Part shown: positions 62,157 through 64,000 of the stretch, piece by piece
Numbering within the stretch: position 1 is the stretch's first letter
How the letters are laid out: every line of letters begins with the position of its first letter
Assembly (NCBI GenBank): GCA_964452645.1
Contig: CAYVMO010000010.1
Coordinates: 36,511-100,510, forward strand
Length of the DNA stretch: 64,000 nucleotides
Direction: 5' to 3'
From: an uncultured Ignavibacteriaceae bacterium
GTDB taxonomy: Bacteria; Zixibacteria; MSB-5A5; GN15; PGXB01
Made by a program: the position numbers and the translations under genes
The notes under the pieces: model-generated
Databases searched by the model: none
What the model saw: the letters and a program-made list of their open reading frames with translations, nothing else
Told to the model about the DNA's origin: nothing

Positions 62157-64000
62157 TTAATTTTCATTATCCAATCTTAAATTTGCTTGGCGGTCGGTGC
62201 GGCCAAATAGATGGTAACCGGCTCGTTTCAAATAGTCATTGATAATCAACCATATTCCGGCATATCCCCACACAAGAAGGGCCCATTTCCAGCCAATCGC
62301 CGGCATGAAAATTCCATATACCGCAGCCAGCGTAGCCAGTATTTTAGTGCCGACCGCCGACCAGAATAAAGCGCCGGAAGGAGCCAGCGACCAGAACGGA
62401 CCTTTTACCCTCGTTATAAAAATAGTCAGATGCCCGGCCACGGCCAATTTAAGAAATATCAAAGTCCGGATCATATTATTATTGAGTTGAAAGACCGATT
62501 TGCTGATGGCAAACAGCACAAACGTGGCAATGACGCCGACGATGCCAAGCATACCAGCAATGCCGATAATCTCCCTCATTTTCCACGCGACAGGCTTCGA
62601 CGAGGCTAATGCGCGATCATAAGCCATGGTCAAAATCGGACCGTCATTAAGCAAAGCGAGAAGGACTATCATCGCCGCCGTAACCGGGTAGAAATGGTAA
62701 AGCAAAATCGACAAGGCCATAAAGAGCAAAACTCTGATCGTCTCGGCGATACGGTAAATGGCGTAACCGGTCATACGATGGAAAATTTTCCGGCTGATTT
62801 GAATAGCGTCGATTATGACCGACAATCCCGGACTGAGCAAAACGATATCGGCTGCGGCACGGGCGGCATCGGTAGCACCGGAGACGGCGATCCCGGCATC
62901 CGCCTTTTTCAGTGCCGGGGCATCGTTAACTCCATCACCGGTCATGCCGACGATATGCTTCGAATCCTGAAGGGCTTCGACAATTTTGAATTTATGTTCC
63001 GGATATACCTGGGAAAAACCGTCGGATTGGCTAATGGTCGCCAGCATGTTTTTGTCGGCAGTATCCTTTGAATTCGCGAAAATATCGGCGTTATGAATAT
63101 CGGTCCCAAGGCCGACCTGGCGGGCAATTTCCTTTGCGATAGCAAGCTGGTCGCCCGTAACCATCTTTATTTTAATTCCCAGATTCTCCGCCTTATTTAT
63201 CGTCTCGCGCGAATCATCTCTGGGGGGATCATATAATGGTATGATCCCGACAAATCGCCAATCGCCGTTTTCATCCGTGCGTGCAACGCCAAGTGATCGG
63301 TAACCGCGAGATGCGAAATTATCAATTGCTTTTTCAACATCGTCATTTATTTCCGGCGCGTTGGCACTCATGGATAAAATCACCTGTGGCGCTCCTTTCG
63401 TCACTTTATAACGGTTGCCGGAATTATCTTCAATCTCGGCCTGGGTACGCTTGTGCACCGGATCAAACGGCGTGAATTTGACAGTATTGTATGATTCAAG
63501 ACGGCCTTTATCCGCGACCGCATTGATTATCGCGAGGTCAATGGAATCCTGATCTTCCTCGCGTGATGCCAGGGCTCCATTCATAATGACTTCTTCCGAG
63601 CTTATTCCGTTTACGCAAAACGGCTCGGATATCGAAAGTTCGTTTTTGGTGATTGTGCCCGTCTTATCCGAACACAAAACATCAACTCCGGCAAGTTCTT
63701 CGATAGACGCCAGCCGCCTTACGATAGCATCCTTCCTGGCTAATTTTCTGGCACCGACGGCCATTGTCACCGACAGAACGGCAGGCATTGCCGCCGGTAT
63801 CGCGGCTACCGTCAGAATTAAGGCGAATTGCAGCGTCGTTATCAGACTTTCACCGCGGATGATCCCGACAACAAAGATAAGACTGACCAGGACCAGAGCG
63901 GTTATTATCAGGAAATCGCCGATCCTTAAGATTGCCTGCTGAAAATGACTGACGCTGTGCGCTCTTTCGACCAGACGCGCGGTTTTTCCGAAGTATGTCT
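62157..64000 (-). CDS. P-type ATPase, plasma-membrane proton-pump-like (P3A type), C-terminal two-thirds; the 5' end lies outside the window
   Basis: It has CSDKTGTITKN (phosphorylation site), MVTGDQLAIAKE and GMTGDGVNDAPALKKADAGIAV...DIVLLSPGLSVII. The frame stays open upstream of the first Met to the window edge. Confidence 0.9.
   Translation of the reverse strand, partial: TYFGKTARLVERAHSVSHFQQAILRIGDFLIITALVLVSLIFVVGIIRGESLITTLQFALILTVAAIPAAMPAVLSVTMAVGARKLARKDAIVRRLASIEELAGVDVLCSDKTGTITKNELSISEPFCVNGISSEEVIMNGALASREEDQDSIDLAIINAVADKGRLESYNTVKFTPFDPVHKRTQAEIEDNSGNRYKVTKGAPQVILSMSANAPEINDDVEKAIDNFASRGYRSLGVARTDENGDWRFVGIIPLYDPPRDDSRETINKAENLGIKIKMVTGDQLAIAKEIARQVGLGTDIHNADIFANSKDTADKNMLATISQSDGFSQVYPEHKFKIVEALQDSKHIVGMTGDGVNDAPALKKADAGIAVSGATDAARAAADIVLLSPGLSVIIDAIQISRKIFHRMTGYAIYRIAETIRVLLFMALSILLYHFYPVTAAMIVLLALLNDGPILTMAYDRALASSKPVAWKMREIIGIAGMLGIVGVIATFVLFAISKSVFQLNNNMIRTLIFLKLAVAGHLTIFITRVKGPFWSLAPSGALFWSAVGTKILATLAAVYGIFMPAIGWKWALLVWGYAGIWLIINDYLKRAGYHLFGRTDRQANLRLDNEN

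Overview
This 64 kb chromosomal segment is almost fully coding and has moderate GC. I infer it comes from an uncultivated, anaerobic or microaerotolerant bacterium. The FCB-type affiliation rests on a T9SS-style C-terminal sorting domain on a giant gingipain-like protease, plus dockerin and TSP3 modules on secreted enzymes. No rRNA, tRNA, CRISPR array, transposase or integrase was seen. Housekeeping genes include groEL (3' part), glyQS, recO, an ftsB-like gene, secD/secF, htrA and cydAB. There is a rich set of secreted or lipoprotein peptidases of families S9, M14, M16, C25 and S1C. The dominant organised feature is a 16-gene co-directional minus-strand block (25.3-36.5 kb). It is headed by a Fur/PerR-type regulator with a perfect palindromic box. 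The block encodes peroxiredoxins, desulfoferrodoxin, ferritin, three stand-alone diiron ferritin-like proteins, a ferredoxin-NADP reductase and cytochrome bd oxidase. The clearest accessory element is a visibly AT-rich islet (about 16.0-18.2 kb) carrying an AbiEii/AbiEi-like pair in an unusual convergent, 3'-overlapping arrangement, with a thrice-repeated palindromic core upstream. Other unusual items: a membrane-anchored protein with five heavy-metal-binding CPM...CPKC modules containing a recent 294-bp tandem duplication; a histone-H1-like Lys/Ala tail fused to a SWIB domain; an in-frame collapsed ZIP transporter remnant; an SGNH-fold protein and an asparagine-synthase-like protein that both appear to lack their catalytic nucleophiles; and a plasma-membrane-type (P3A-like) P-type ATPase. 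All functional calls come from motif recognition by eye, with no database search.
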